DNA of 64,000 nucleotides from Geosiphon pyriformis uo1 (lineage: Eukaryota; Fungi; Glomeromycota). Below the pieces are notes generated by a model. The model had not been told where the DNA came from, did no database searches, and saw only the letters and a program-made list of their open reading frames with translations. The first letter of the stretch is position 1, and every line of letters begins with the position of its first letter. Positions 14,146 through 26,553 of this stretch are shown piece after piece. Position numbers and translations under genes: made by a program. The stretch is taken from the NCBI GenBank assembly GCA_016748015.1, contig JAAOMT010000299.1:533090-597089 (forward strand), written 5' to 3'.

Positions 14146-15055
14146 GATTCTAGGCAGAAGTTATCTCACCTGTATGTCAATCTCTGTTATATTGTTATCC
14201 AATATTGGCAAAGCTTGCCTATAACATTTTGATAGTATACATTCCTAAACATACAGATTGTCAGAAAACAATTTTATTGGTTGAATTACCATATAAATTA
14301 TTAACTCGCCTTGACAAAGATTTGATGCAAATTGGTCAAGTGATTCGGACTAGGTGCGTACCTTTTGATGGCATTGGCCAGGGGTTTAATAGTAATGACA
14401 CTCTATAGATGCAGAAATTTTTAGGCCTTAAGAATTGATGCATTAAGTAGAAAATTTTTTGATTTTCGAAAGCGGTCTCTTACATTGCCATATAGGTTAG
14501 CTAATCTCGCAAGTCCTTGAGCAACGTGTTGAACTGGACCAATGGATCGCATGAATGAGTATTTCACTAATTTTTACTTCTTTTAAAACTTTCATAATAC
14601 ATACACTTTTCGGGTGCCAATTGAATTTGTTGACGATCAAAATCTTCCAAGAATTCCAATACCTTGTGCAGTAAACGTGGAACTTCGGGTCTTTCGGCAC
14701 GACAACGTGCATCTCTAAGAAGTGTTTCAAAGAGACCAAATACGATTAACAATCGCAAGGCACTCTAATAGAAATATGGTTAGAAATTCTTTCTCCTTTC
14801 TGATTCAACTAACAGGAAAAAGGCGTAAGCTAAGGAATGACGCCGCGGATTCAGTGTGTCGAGAGGGTCTTTATGGTCACCAGATCCTTGGGTAAAGAAC
14901 TGTGTCGGCAACTGTTTAAGGATAGGTAGCAACTGTTTGACAACATGGTCTGTTCCTTCTGTATGCGCAACAAGATTTATCAACTCATCAACTGACCCAG
15001 GAGTGTTTTGTTGAGACGGCATTAAAGATCCAAGAGCTCCAAGTAGGGACGACAT
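12867..15055 (-). CDS. CSN3: COP9 signalosome subunit 3 (PCI domain), multi-exon
   Basis: Reads MSSLLGALG..., [66 protein letters not shown] and [17 protein letters not shown]. Stop at 12867-12869. Confidence 0.9.
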
Positions 15056-15402
15056 TGACAATTTTTGTTGAGCCTTTGAGAGTATATATATACTAACCAA
15101 GCATAAACGCACGTGTTAAATCAACATTGAGCCTATCAGCTATTTCACATATTATACGTTAAAACTTTGATGACTCTGTTATAGCGATTTCGATAGCATA
15201 TTAGAGGCCCGTAAAAATAGCCTTTCACTCTGAAAATAAAACAATGTGCAATTTTACTTCCCAATCGCAATCAGTTCATAACGAAATGTTACGTGACAAA
15301 TAGTAAAATCATTCAAGTTATAGACTATTAAAAAGATCGAAATTCACAGCTTCACAAGAGGGTCCAACTTTCAAAGCATCGATTACCGCATTGTCTTCAT
15401 GA

Positions 15403-16137
15403 TTAGGAACTTTTATCTGGCTGATAGGGCATCCAGTCTCTCGCGTAAATTGGTAATATAATGACATATATCAATACCCAATATAAGATCCCAAACATCG
15501 CTCCAGCCAAATTTTCAGCAAAATTGTGAAAATATAAGGCCGTCATAAATAGCATCCACCACCAAACAAACAAAATTCCTTTTAACATTAAGGTAAGAGT
15601 TCTGTGGGTAGAAATTGTTTGCTCAAATTTTTTGTATTCGTATATAATTATACTAAACTCTTCCCAAAGAAATAAAGAAGCGTGTATCAAAAGAACACAA
15701 TGTCCGCTAACATCGTGTCCACCGGCCCAACGACCACCAATTTTTTTGCACAAGTATTCTTCATTAATCCCTGTTTGCATTTGACACTTTCCACCAGTCC
15801 AAACAAAGACTCGATCAATCATACTAGGACCAAAGCACCATTGAGTAATCAGATACCAATAGAGAGTGGCGCCTAGCCAACGAAAAATTGCTTTTAGGGC
15901 CTGATTTTGTTGGTTCCGATAAATAACTTTCAGAGAGATAATATGAATTAAGGAAGTCCAAAACCAGCCGTTCTTTACTAGCAATACGTTCACGGGATTC
16001 GACTTTTCCGAAAAGATTGTCAGGGGTGGTGGCTTGACAATCCAGTGAATAGAACCCAAAATAATTGTTCCAACGTAAAATGATACAATAATGACTTGTA
16101 AATCTTGAAATTTGACTCGCATATTATGGGAAGTCAT
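15403..16137 (-). CDS. SCS3: FIT family (fat storage-inducing transmembrane / Scs3-like acyl-CoA diphosphatase), intronless
   Basis: 244 aa multi-pass membrane protein with KSNPVNVLLVKNGWFWT, WCFGPSMIDRVF, GGHDVSGHCVLL, LFLWEE and TALYFH motifs. Confidence 0.88.
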   Translation of the reverse strand: MTSHNMRVKFQDLQVIIVSFYVGTIILGSIHWIVKPPPLTIFSEKSNPVNVLLVKNGWFWTSLIHIISLKVIYRNQQNQALKAIFRWLGATLYWYLITQWCFGPSMIDRVFVWTGGKCQMQTGINEEYLCKKIGGRWAGGHDVSGHCVLLIHASLFLWEEFSIIIYEYKKFEQTISTHRTLTLMLKGILFVWWWMLFMTALYFHNFAENLAGAMFGILYWVLIYVIILPIYARDWMPYQPDKSS

Positions 16138-16399
16138 TTTAGGAATTAGGCAGAGGTTGAAAGATTCGCTTGGTCTTTGCTTTTTCTAACGCGGTGCCAG
16201 TGACGTCAGGTGGATTTTGTAGGCATCCTCGATCTGCGTGGGGAAAAATTCCCTGCTAGAAATTGGTTTATAGCGTGGGTAAATTTCTCTACACATATAA
16301 TCACTAACAATACCATTGTCTTTTGCAAAAAAATGTTAATAATTAAAAACAGGCTTTTTTTAATTCATTATGATACCTTTTTTTATTGCTTTAATTGAG

Positions 16400-17490
16400 T
16401 GCAGTTTATTTATTATCTATGCACTTAATTTATATATAAATGTAAGCCATGTACTTTTTATATGTAATTAGTTACCTGAATTTATGACAACACTATTACA
16501 ATTCTGAAATTAAAACTTTTTATGCAAAAAATTAAAACACATACTATAAAAATTATTATCAAATTTAAGTAAGAAAAATATTATTACACTTAATTCAACA
16601 ATATTAATTAATATTAAAAAATAAAAAATCAATAATTAATTAATTATAACAAAAAATAACACAATTTAATTATTAAATATAAAGATTTTTTGATAATTTA
16701 AAAATTTTAATTGAAATTAATAATTAATGTATATAATTTAATAATAATTAAATTTTGTTATATTTTAAAATTTTTAAATACTGTTATTTAAATAAAAAAA
16801 ATTATTAACTAGTATTATTAAAATAATTAATTTAAATAAAAAAAAACTACAATAATTAAAAATAATATATAATAATATATAATAATATAATACAATATAT
16901 AATAAAATAATTTAAAGCTTTTTATAATAACTTAAAATTATTTTGTTGTAATTATTATACTTAATTAATTATTTTTAATTGCAAATAATGTTTTTACAAA
17001 AATTATAATATTTTATTTTATATATTTACAATTATATACACAATAATTTTAATTTAAAAAATAATTAAATTTAAGTTCAAATAAAATTAAATTATATTAA
17101 ATCTTATAAAAAACATTTTTTATATATAAATAATTAATATATTATTATTTTTAATTATATTAATTATATATTTAATAGTCTTATTAATATTCAATTTAAT
17201 TTTTAAAAATAATAATTTTTTGAAAATTATTATTTTAACAACTATTTTTTCATTAATAATATAATTTGAATTATTTATATTTATTTTTTTAACTTTAATT
17301 TTAATTTTAAAATCTATTATAAAAACTTAAAATTGGTTTTAATTAAAATTAATCTATTTTAATAATTATATTTGCTATAAAAAACAAACAACAAAAACAT
17401 AACTAAAACAATTAAAAAACCAATAAATTTAATTATTAATTATTTTTATAAGAATATTTATATTAAAACTTAAATAATAAAAAAATAAAA
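16400..17490. other. Extremely AT-rich low-complexity boundary between gene island and TE block
   Basis: Almost no G/C and no ORFs. Similar tracts occur at 1-360, 59500-59640 and 61865-62250. Confidence 0.7.
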
Positions 17491-20400
17491 CTTCTTTTTT
17501 TTCTATATCCTAAATTTCTCAAAGAGTATTTTTTCGAAAAAGAAGTTTTTTTATTTTTATTTTTTTTATTAGTTTTTTACAATATTTTTCAAGCAAATAA
17601 TCTCTTTGTAATAGATCTAGTGACTATTTCAAATGGCAATATGTTTAAAAAGAAAATATCCAAAAGAGCTCTTTATAATTTAGTTAAGAGTTTTTTCTTA
17701 AAAGAAAAAGATTTCAGTTGGCAATATTAAGCATTTTGATAATAAAAAAGATATCTCTTTGATCAAATCTGATGTTAGTAGTAATATATACTTGAATATA
17801 AACAATAAATCTGATAATAGTGAAAATAGTAGTGTATTATTAGATATTAGTGATAGTTTTTTTTTTGGTTTAGCAGCAAATACTCTTAAAATAAAAAGAA
17901 TGAATACTAGTCTGGAATATAATTTCTCTATTGGCTCTATTAATTATGACATAGATGAAAATAAATGATCTTTTTCTTTTTCTCTTAATATTTTTCTTAA
18001 AAAAAAGTGAATTAATTCAAAAATAGTAAAGATTTAAGTTAAAATAACCATTAAGAAATTTTTTGTATTAAACATCAATTTTTTAGCTATAGAAAAGAAA
18101 TTGACAACAGCAAAAATTCAGCTTATTAGAAAAAATTTTTTATTAGTCAATGATTTTAAAGAAATTACTATTCTTTCAAAATTTAAAGAGATTATTAGAT
18201 CGATATTTATATCAGAAAAAAGCATGGAAAAGACTGTATTATTGATCAAAAATAACAGAATTATTATAAACAATAATCTTAAAAACAAGAAATTTGTTTA
18301 AATTAAACCATAATTATTAAAGAGATTCTTATGAATATACCAAAAAAAATAATCATTGTAGCTCTCTTTGAGTTTGGTCAAGTAGTGTTAATCCATTTAT
18401 AATTAATTAAGCTATAACAAAAAACTGTAATGAAGTTTGTTGAATCAGTTCAAGCAGACTAATTAGCAACAAAGTAGTTATTTTTAATTAAGAAAAATTC
18501 AGAAATCATAAAACTTGAATGTTTAAAAATTAGTTCAGAATGCTTTTGTTTATTTTGTCAATAAAAACAATAGCTCATGATCTTGGTGTTTTATTGAAAA
18601 AAACTGATAAGAAAACTTGTATCATTAATTAATCATTTAAGAGTGATAATAGAGTTTATTGTACTGTGATTAAATTTGAAACAAAGAATGATCTAAAATT
18701 TGTTTTTCACATAAAACCAATTCTGGGTGGTGTAAAACTTTTTTTGGATCAAGTTAAATATAGTTAAATATAAAAAGTATAGGTGTTTTAGACATTTGAC
18801 TTTAGAGTGTAATATATCAGGTGCATTTTTTTTAAAAAATTTCTTAAAAGAACTGCTTTTGAAAAAGATCATTTTCAGCTGACCAGATTATATGCTAAAA
18901 AAATGTTTCTATTTTCTGTTTTGCTGTCTTTGATAGCAAATTTTGAACACAAGTGATCTTATTTGCTGCTTTTTTTGGTAATATTTATTCTGGTTTTGGT
19001 TTTGAATTTCTTTTTTCTGGTTTGTTATATAGTAAAATAAATATTGTAGTCAATTAAAATAATTTTTTTATTGGTATTCACTTGGCATTTTGAAATGTCT
19101 CTTAGAGTTCTTAGTTAATCAAGTGTTAGACATTATATACAAATTAAGCAATATAAATTTGGTGCTCTTGGCATTTGCTTTCCATTTTTTTTCTTTTATT
19201 ATATTTGTGTTATTAACTTCAAATTTGAATTCAGATATGATTTTGAATAGTCTACCAATGTTGTCTTTCTTATTTTCAACAGTTGCAAAAGATAGTTTTT
19301 CAGATTTGAATTTGAGTAGTTCAAAGGTTTTAATTACTAAGATTGATGGCTTAAAATCAAAGATAATTGCTCTTAAAATTTCAATTAATTCAGTTTTGAA
19401 AAGATTAAATCAGTTGTGTTTTGGTTTAGGTTTTGTGTTGTTTTCTTTATCTCAATGATTAAACTAGTATGGAATTTTACTACATATAATATTCATAATA
19501 TTAATGTTCTTACCAAACAAGAAAATATTATTTGTTGGCACATAAAATTAGATAATATAGTATCTATAGTTACAAAAACAAAATTAAGGTCTAGGATTAA
19601 ACCATAGATTTTAAACAAGTTTGATAATATACAGGTTTTTACATCTGATTTGAATAAAGGTTTTCTTGGTACTAAGATGGCTATCATTATAACCAATTTT
19701 TTGGTTTAACATATTTTTAAGATAAAAAAAGTTCCTAGTTATGTTGTTTTAATACAGCTTTTTTTTAAAGACAAACTTTTAATTACAGTTTTGAGTTTGT
19801 ATATTAATGTTTCAACTAAGATTAAGTTCAATTAGACTTTAAAAATCAACTTTTTTATTACTAAAGCAGTTAACTCCAGCAATTTTGTGGTCATAAGTGA
19901 GGACTTTAATAAAAATAAATCCAAAAAAAGTGTAAGTTTTAAGTTTTGTTTGGGTTTGGTTAATTCATTTGGTAAGTATCTATTGATTAAAGTCTTCACT
20001 TAGAGCAATTCAAGAAATATTGAAAAGATTATTGATTATATTTTTGTGAATAAGGACTTGTTTTCTGCTGTTGCTAATCATATAGTTGAATTAGTATCTG
20101 ATTTTTTTGATACTAATCACAAGACAGTTTTAGTAATAGTGGATTTAGATGACTTACTGAATATTTATTTGAATAGTCTGTACAAGCAAACTAACAAAAA
20201 TCACTGAAAATTCAGAATTAAAAACACAAATAACTTTAAGTGAACTAATTTTAGAGATTGTTTATTGTTTATACTCTCTTTAACAAAAGATAAGTTAATT
20301 GACACTAATGTTAGTAACAACTTAAATGTAATATATAAAATCTTAAGAGACATAATATTAAATTTGGCAAATGTGGTGTTTTTTAAACATTAATACAAAG

Positions 20401-22118
20401 AAGTAAGATGCTTTTTTAATAAACAGTTATTAAAATTTTATAGTTTAGAACTATTAGTTATTAAATTTATTAAAGCTCTAAACATTGAAAACAAATTTCA
20501 ATCCAATTATTTTTTGCAAATCTGGCTGATTACTAATTATATTAAGGCTTTAAAGGTACAAAGCTTGGTTTATGATAGTACAAAATCAATTAACATTTTT
20601 CAATGCTTGTTAAAAATTAAGAAAGAATATCACAAATCTAAGTTGTATGAATTAAGAGTTATTAAAACCGCAGCTATTAATGCTGCAATAGAGAAAAAAA
20701 TGGAAATTTTTGTTCAAATAAAAACCAAATAATTAAGAGTATACTAGAAAAATCTTTTTGCAAAGTGGTTTTGGATTATTTGGTGGTTAATAAGAAACTG
20801 ATTCTGGAATCTAATAAAGTTAAAGCCAAAGTAGATGTAATTATAAAAGGCTAAACTTGAAAACAAAAATTCACAGAATCTGTTTTTAAGATCTGAAACA
20901 ATTAATATGCTCTATTAAAATATATTGATAATTATGTTTTTTTAGATATAATAAACACTATTGACTATAAAGAGTTGATTCAAATAGTTAGAAAATTACC
21001 AAATAGGAAAACAGCTGGTCTAAGTAACATACCTAATAAGTTGTAAAAACATAATAAAGATAATATTTTAAGATGTCTGTTAAATTTATTAAATACTTGT
21101 TTGTTTTTAAATAGAGTTTCAACATTATAAAGATGTGCTTAAGTTTCAATAATATTTAAGTTATATGAATAAAAAAAGATCTTAATAAACACTCAACTTA
21201 TTGTTTTAATAAAAACAGCAAGAAAGATTTTGTCTAAAATTCTTTTTAATAGAATTTTTTTCATCTGTAGCAAATTTGGTATATTTTGTAGAGACAATTT
21301 TTTGGTGCTAAAAGATATTTCAACACAATTTTTAATTTTAGTCATAGGCTTAGTAATTGAAAATGCTTTAGAAAAAAATAAAAAATTATGACTGGTTTTA
21401 TAGAATATATGCAAAACTTATAATTCAGTTAGTTAATATCATTTATGCAGTAGCTTGGTTAGAATTAAAATGTGTAAAAATTTCATTAAATTTTTCAAAA
21501 CCATTCACAATAGAAAAATTAATCAGATTATAACAGATTTTAGATTTTTAAATAGATATATAGTTTATAACAAACTTGACCAAGAAGAGGTTTTTTTATC
21601 TTTGTTATAAAGGATTTTTTATGATTTTTTACTCTGTAAAATTAAGAGACATGAGAGTTTATATAAATACAAAGTAAGTTTAAAATTTTTTATTAAGACT
21701 GGCAAAGTTGATTTTTTGCTATAGATGTCTTTGTAGATAATACTATCTGAGTTGAAAATTGCATAGCAATAACACAATATATTTTAAATATTACAAGTGA
21801 GTTTTTTCTTATTAATAATATTTTAATTAATACAAATAAGACAGTTATTATTCTAATTAATCAGAAAGCTAAAGAAGCCATGCTGTTTATTAGTGGCTCA
21901 AAAATTTTGGTGGCCAAGAAAAATGAGTCTTATAGATATTTGAAGATTTTTTTGTTAACTGTTGGCTTATTTAAGCCAAGTTTGGTCAAAGCTTATTCAG
22001 ATATTAAGTTTTTTTCAAATATAATTTTAAGAAAAGCCATTATTAAGAAACAATTTTTGTATTTGGTGTCTGGTGTTTTGTAATTTATCATAAAATACAA
22101 AATGCAGTTTAATTATAT
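17490..22118 (+). mobile_element. Degenerate LINE copy 1, 5' part (ORF1; ORF2 with AP endonuclease and RT), interrupted by gypsy A1
   Basis: Its 5' UTR and ORF1 resemble 62250-64000. APE-like start at about 19454 (VWNFTTYNIHNIN...TKTKL), IDYIF near 20030, and RT relics YNSV, LDQEEVFLSLL*RIFYD and FVDNT at 21400-21750. Many stops. Confidence 0.8.
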
Positions 22119-22689
22119 TGTTATAATTAAAACCTACATTTCTTATTAATTATCACATGTATTAGCCACTTTATTTTTAAATAGTGATTATTAACTTGAT
22201 CATTGACCTAGTCATTGACCTAATTATTGACCACTTTTGATAGTTATATAAGTAATGAATCTCTTAACTGTAGAAAAACATGTAAGAATCAAAAAAATTA
22301 AAAAATTAAAATAACAACTTCATCTTAATTCTTCTCTTATCACTAAATTCTCTTTTTTTATTTTTAAGTATCTAAACATCTTGGGATAAAAAATTAATTG
22401 TTGGCATTTATCTATCTTTTTTTTGACTTATATAATTGTAGTATTTGAAGATTATTGAATAAAACATGACTGAAGAGTACATTTAATATCTAATATTGAA
22501 TTCTAAGAGCACCAATATGAGGCATAAAATTATATCAGTGTGTAATTATTTGTTAACAATACAGACTATCTTTCTACCTTCAGATTCCCCAGTTATTTTT
22601 TGAAAAGTATAGCAACTAAAATATTGTTACGGTATTACCTGAGTAGAAAAACTGATCCAAAGTTATGAAAAATGTGACCAAAACGTGAC

Positions 22690-22879
22690 ATAACACAGAA
22701 TAATGCACAATAATGTTGGATAACGTGTTATAACGTAGGATAACATATTATAACACAGGATAACACAGAATAGTGCACAATAACGTAGGATAATATGTTA
22801 TAATGCAGGATAACACAGAATAACATATAATAATGTCAGATAATATGTTATAACATAGAATAACTAGCGATAATGTAAA
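22690..22879 (+). repeat. 19 x 10-bp phased array (ATAAY + 5 variable nt) in the family B LTR; second copy at 41656-41845
   Basis: ATAAC/ATAAT (once ATAGT) recurs exactly every 10 bp, 19 units in both LTRs. Confidence 0.92.
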
Positions 22880-23976
22880 AAAACGAAGCAATAACAGAAA
22901 CAACAAAGCAATAGCTAATAATAGCGAGACAATTGAAAGCAATCCTGTAATACCAAAAGAATGTATAAAAGCAAGTAGTTGTAAAAGTGAGAAAAGACAA
23001 ACAGATAGATACAAACCTCTAGACAAGAATTAAATATCCATACCCCTTCATCCTTTATTATCTTCCCTATTTCATCTCCTGAAATAAACCAATTATTAAA
23101 AAGATATCAGAATCATGAATTTATGTTCTCGAACTTTGTGGAATTTACATGAATTAACCCTTGTCTCATACCTTCATTCTAGGACAGATGCTCTTAGCAT
23201 AACCATCTCAAACCTATTAATGATTTGGACCAATTGCTCTTGATCATGGCGATTGATGATACTAATTTATCTTTTCTCTTTTTCTTTTTCTTTTCTTTTT
23301 TCTTTTTCTGTCTTATTTTTGTGGAGTGGTGTTACCAGAAGTTTTTGGTCTCTTTTCTTAAATGTTGTTGATGCTTGTTTGCTGTGAATTCACGTTTTCT
23401 GAATGTGGTTGAACCTCCAATAACTGAATTTATCTTCAAATTATCTCCTATAATTTGAATTGCTGGGTTTATAAGTGGAATGGCCAATTCCATGCCAGTT
23501 ACTTTATGTAGTTACGTTGTAGTAAACGTCAACTCTTTCCCAGAAATTGCTTATCTGGAAGCTCACTAAAATGTATAGTTACTTTGCTGTAAAAGTCAAC
23601 TCTTCTACAGAATCTTGTCTGTAGGCTACCCTAATGATTATAGTAAGAAAATAAAAAGAAAATAAAAAGATGTAAAAGAAATAGAATTCTGTCAAGGGAA
23701 ACATTTTCAATTCAGGCCTGGAGTTACTAACAGTTTACTGAAATTGGTAGCAAATCAATTTCAAAACGTTAGTTGGGTTTTGAGAATTTTCCAAGTGCAA
23801 TAATTTAAAGAGTTTGGTTTTTTGAATTATTTGATATTTATTTCTTTTTGTGTGTGTAGGAATGGTTCTAAGTAATAAATCTAAAGTAAGATACATTTTC
23901 TTGAAGAGAGAAGCTTTTCTTTTATACAACTTGTCATAACACTATTCTATGAACTTGAATTTTGCTATTTTCTACA

Positions 23977-24090
23977 ATTTTGTTGAACTAAAGATACATT
24001 TCGGCAAACTACAAGTTATTTCTGCAAACTATTAGATATTTCAGTGAACTATCAATTATTTCGGCAAATTTCTATAAATTTTGGCGAACT
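23977..24090 (-). repeat. 6 x about 20-bp array (core ATTTCGGCGAACT on +) in the family C LTR; second copy at 32864-32977
   Basis: Cores start at 23977, 23998, 24018, 24038, 24058 and 24078. Confidence 0.85.
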
Positions 24091-24274
24091 TTTGAATGTT
24101 ACATAGTTCGGGGTAATGCATGATTAATCATTGCAATTAGGTTACATTTGTGTTATGTACAATTTGGGTTATTAATTAAATGATAATTTCGGACATTTTT
24201 GCTAATATAATAAGTGATAATTTGAAACGATAATATATGCTAATTAATAATAGGAATTATAAGATAGTTTCATG

Positions 24275-24994
24275 CTAAATAATATCTCTAATTTCGTCTG
24301 GTAATATAACCTTCTCCTTAAGACTAAGCTCTGTTGAAGTCCAAGTACTGTTTGTTATTTCCAGATAATAATCCAAAATTATTGAAGAAATTTGGTCTGA
24401 AAATTGTTGAAATTTCAGTTTTGTGAGCTTTCCAATGTATTGAATCTTCAAAAGTTGAAAAATTGGGTTTTGTAGTATGTTTTCACAGGTGTGGAATAGG
24501 TCATAAAGTCTAAGAGCAGCTCTGAGCCTGTAGTGACTGTTTGTTGATCCAGCTGTTGTCTTGAATTCGTTGTGGAGTTGTTTCTGAATAGTTTTTTTTG
24601 TGAAGTTTGCTGTTGTAAGTTCCAGTTTCTATTTGTAAAGTGTTTTTCCAATGTAAAAATATCTATAGATTGGAGGATATTCAGTGTTTTCTTTATTGAG
24701 ACACAGTTGAAGTCTTTGTTGAATTGTAGCATTTGGTGGAATACTAATTGGAATGAGCATTAGATTTTCTTTTAAAGCAAGCTTTAAAAGTTCTGGTAAG
24801 TGAATTCCAGTATAACTTCTTGTGTTCTTTTTATACGGGTAATATTTTCATGAAATTGGGGCTAAATTTGTAACTACTTCTGTTTGGGTATAATTAATGT
24901 GGTTTCCAGTAATAGTAATAGATAATTCGGGTATTGTTTTTAAAGCTAACATTAGTTTTTGGGATAATTGTTAAATGTTTTAAGGAATAGTCAT
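24275..24994 (-). pseudogene. Element C accessory ORF3 (240 codons, several nonsense mutations, no frameshift)
   Basis: Reads MTIP*NI*QLSQKL...YRYFYIGKTL...RAALRLYDLFH...IGKLTKLKFQQF and runs through the PPT to a stop inside the 3' LTR. Confidence 0.75.
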
Positions 24995-25115
24995 TATAAG
25001 CAATTTGAAATAAAAAAAAATTATTTTTGGTGCATGGGTTTTTATGTTATTTTTGTTTTGTTTTTGTGAGATTGTTTCTAAATTATAAGAAGATAACTAT
25101 AATAATAAATTTAAA

Positions 25116-26494
25116 TTAAGTGTTCAAGTTGGAAAGCTGTTCAATGACAACTATTGGTTCTAAATTTCGGGGAATGTCTTCAGGATTGATTAAAGAGGAA
25201 TATGTACCAATTTGTGGAATTAATGGTTCAGGATTGTTTCTGGAATTATAGTGTTTCAAATAATCTCCATGTGCAACTTTTGCTAGAATTTTGTCATTAA
25301 GTCTTAGCTTGTATAATCCGTTGCCTAAAACTTCATGGATAAAGAATGGTCCATCCCATTTATTTTCAAATTTTCCATTCCATTGTTTTTCAGCCTTAGT
25401 TCTGTGTAAGAGAACTTTGTTTCCAATTTTAAATTCATTGGTGACTGGAGGCAATTTGTCATCATGCCATTTTTTTTGTTGAGCTTGGGAGTGTTCAATA
25501 TAGGTGGCTGCTATTCGTCATTTTCCTTCCAATGTGCTAAGCAGAGTGTAGGCTCTTCATTGAAGCGTTTCTTGGAAATTGTTTTCATCGATTGGTTGTG
25601 CTGGGTATGTTTCCACTGTAAAACTAATTGGTAACATTGCCGTTCTTCCGTAAGTTAAATCAAATGGTGTGTGTTTTGTGGTATCTTGTTTTAGTGTCCT
25701 ATATGCTAGTAACACTGATGAAATAAAGAGATCTTATTCTTGCTCAAAATTGGTTGAAACTTTGGCTAATAATTCACACAATGTTCTGTTGAACCGTTCT
25801 ACCAATCTATTTGTTTGTAGATGGTAGGGTGAAGATAATGGTCTCTTGACATTAAATTGTCCACAAATTTCCTGGATTAAATTGTTCACAAAATGTGTTC
25901 CTTGATCAGATAAAAGTTCTATTGGGCATCTATGTCTACAAATGATGTCTTCATAAATAAAGTTTGCTACTGATTTTGCATCTGCCTGTTGAATGGCTCT
26001 GGCTTCAGGCCATTTGGTGAGATAGTCTACGACTACTACAATATAGCGGTTTCCTTGGTTTGTGATAGGTAATGATCCGACTAAATCGATACCAACTCTA
26101 TTAAAAGGCTGTCCAACTTTGATTGGGTTTAAAGGTTCTGTAGGACAAGTTCCTTCTCTTCTTTGACAACTATCACAAGATTTGACATATTTGTAAATGT
26201 CTTTTCTCATTCGAGGCCAAAAGTAGTGTTCTTTGGGTGGTGCTGTCTTTTCCAAAGTGGGCTGATGAAGGATCTGAGTGCATGTTGTATAATATAGTCT
26301 CTTTTTCATGTTCTTGTATTAATCTGAGTAGTTTGTCTGGGTTTTTGAAATTTCGATGATAAATAATGTTGTTTGTGTAGAAAATATTGTTTGGTTTGTT
26401 GTTTTAGTCAATGTTTTTCATTTGGAGACCAATCTGTTGAGATTGTTAATGTTTCCAAATATTGTTTGAAATCATTGTAGTTTTCCGAATTCAT
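25116..26494 (-). pseudogene. Element C integrase (separate ORF)
   Basis: Own ATG (MNSENYNDFKQYL) 59 nt after the RNase H stop. Contains CDSC, PFNRVGIDLVG, SDQGTHF, LVERFNRTL and KWDGPF; no chromodomain. Confidence 0.88.
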
Positions 26495-26553
26495 TGTTTG
26501 TTGGCTCTTTTGGTTGGTTAAGTTGAGTGTTGGTTTTTGTGGTTTTTTTTTTT

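Noticed and set aside
22507-22516. GAGCACCA anti-PBS-like sequence in the A1 5' LTR
   Set aside because: The other family A LTRs differ at this position (for example GAGTGTTG and GAGCGCTG), so it arises from chance transitions.
22690-22879. Repeat-spacer pattern suggestive of a CRISPR array
   Set aside because: Units are only 10 bp, the variable parts recur, there are no cas genes, and the context is a eukaryotic LTR.
22748-23026. Hydrophobic antisense ORF in the B LTR (also 41714-41908) resembling a membrane or env peptide
   Set aside because: It is the translation of the T-rich strand of the 10-bp array, has no ATG start, and differs in length between the LTRs.
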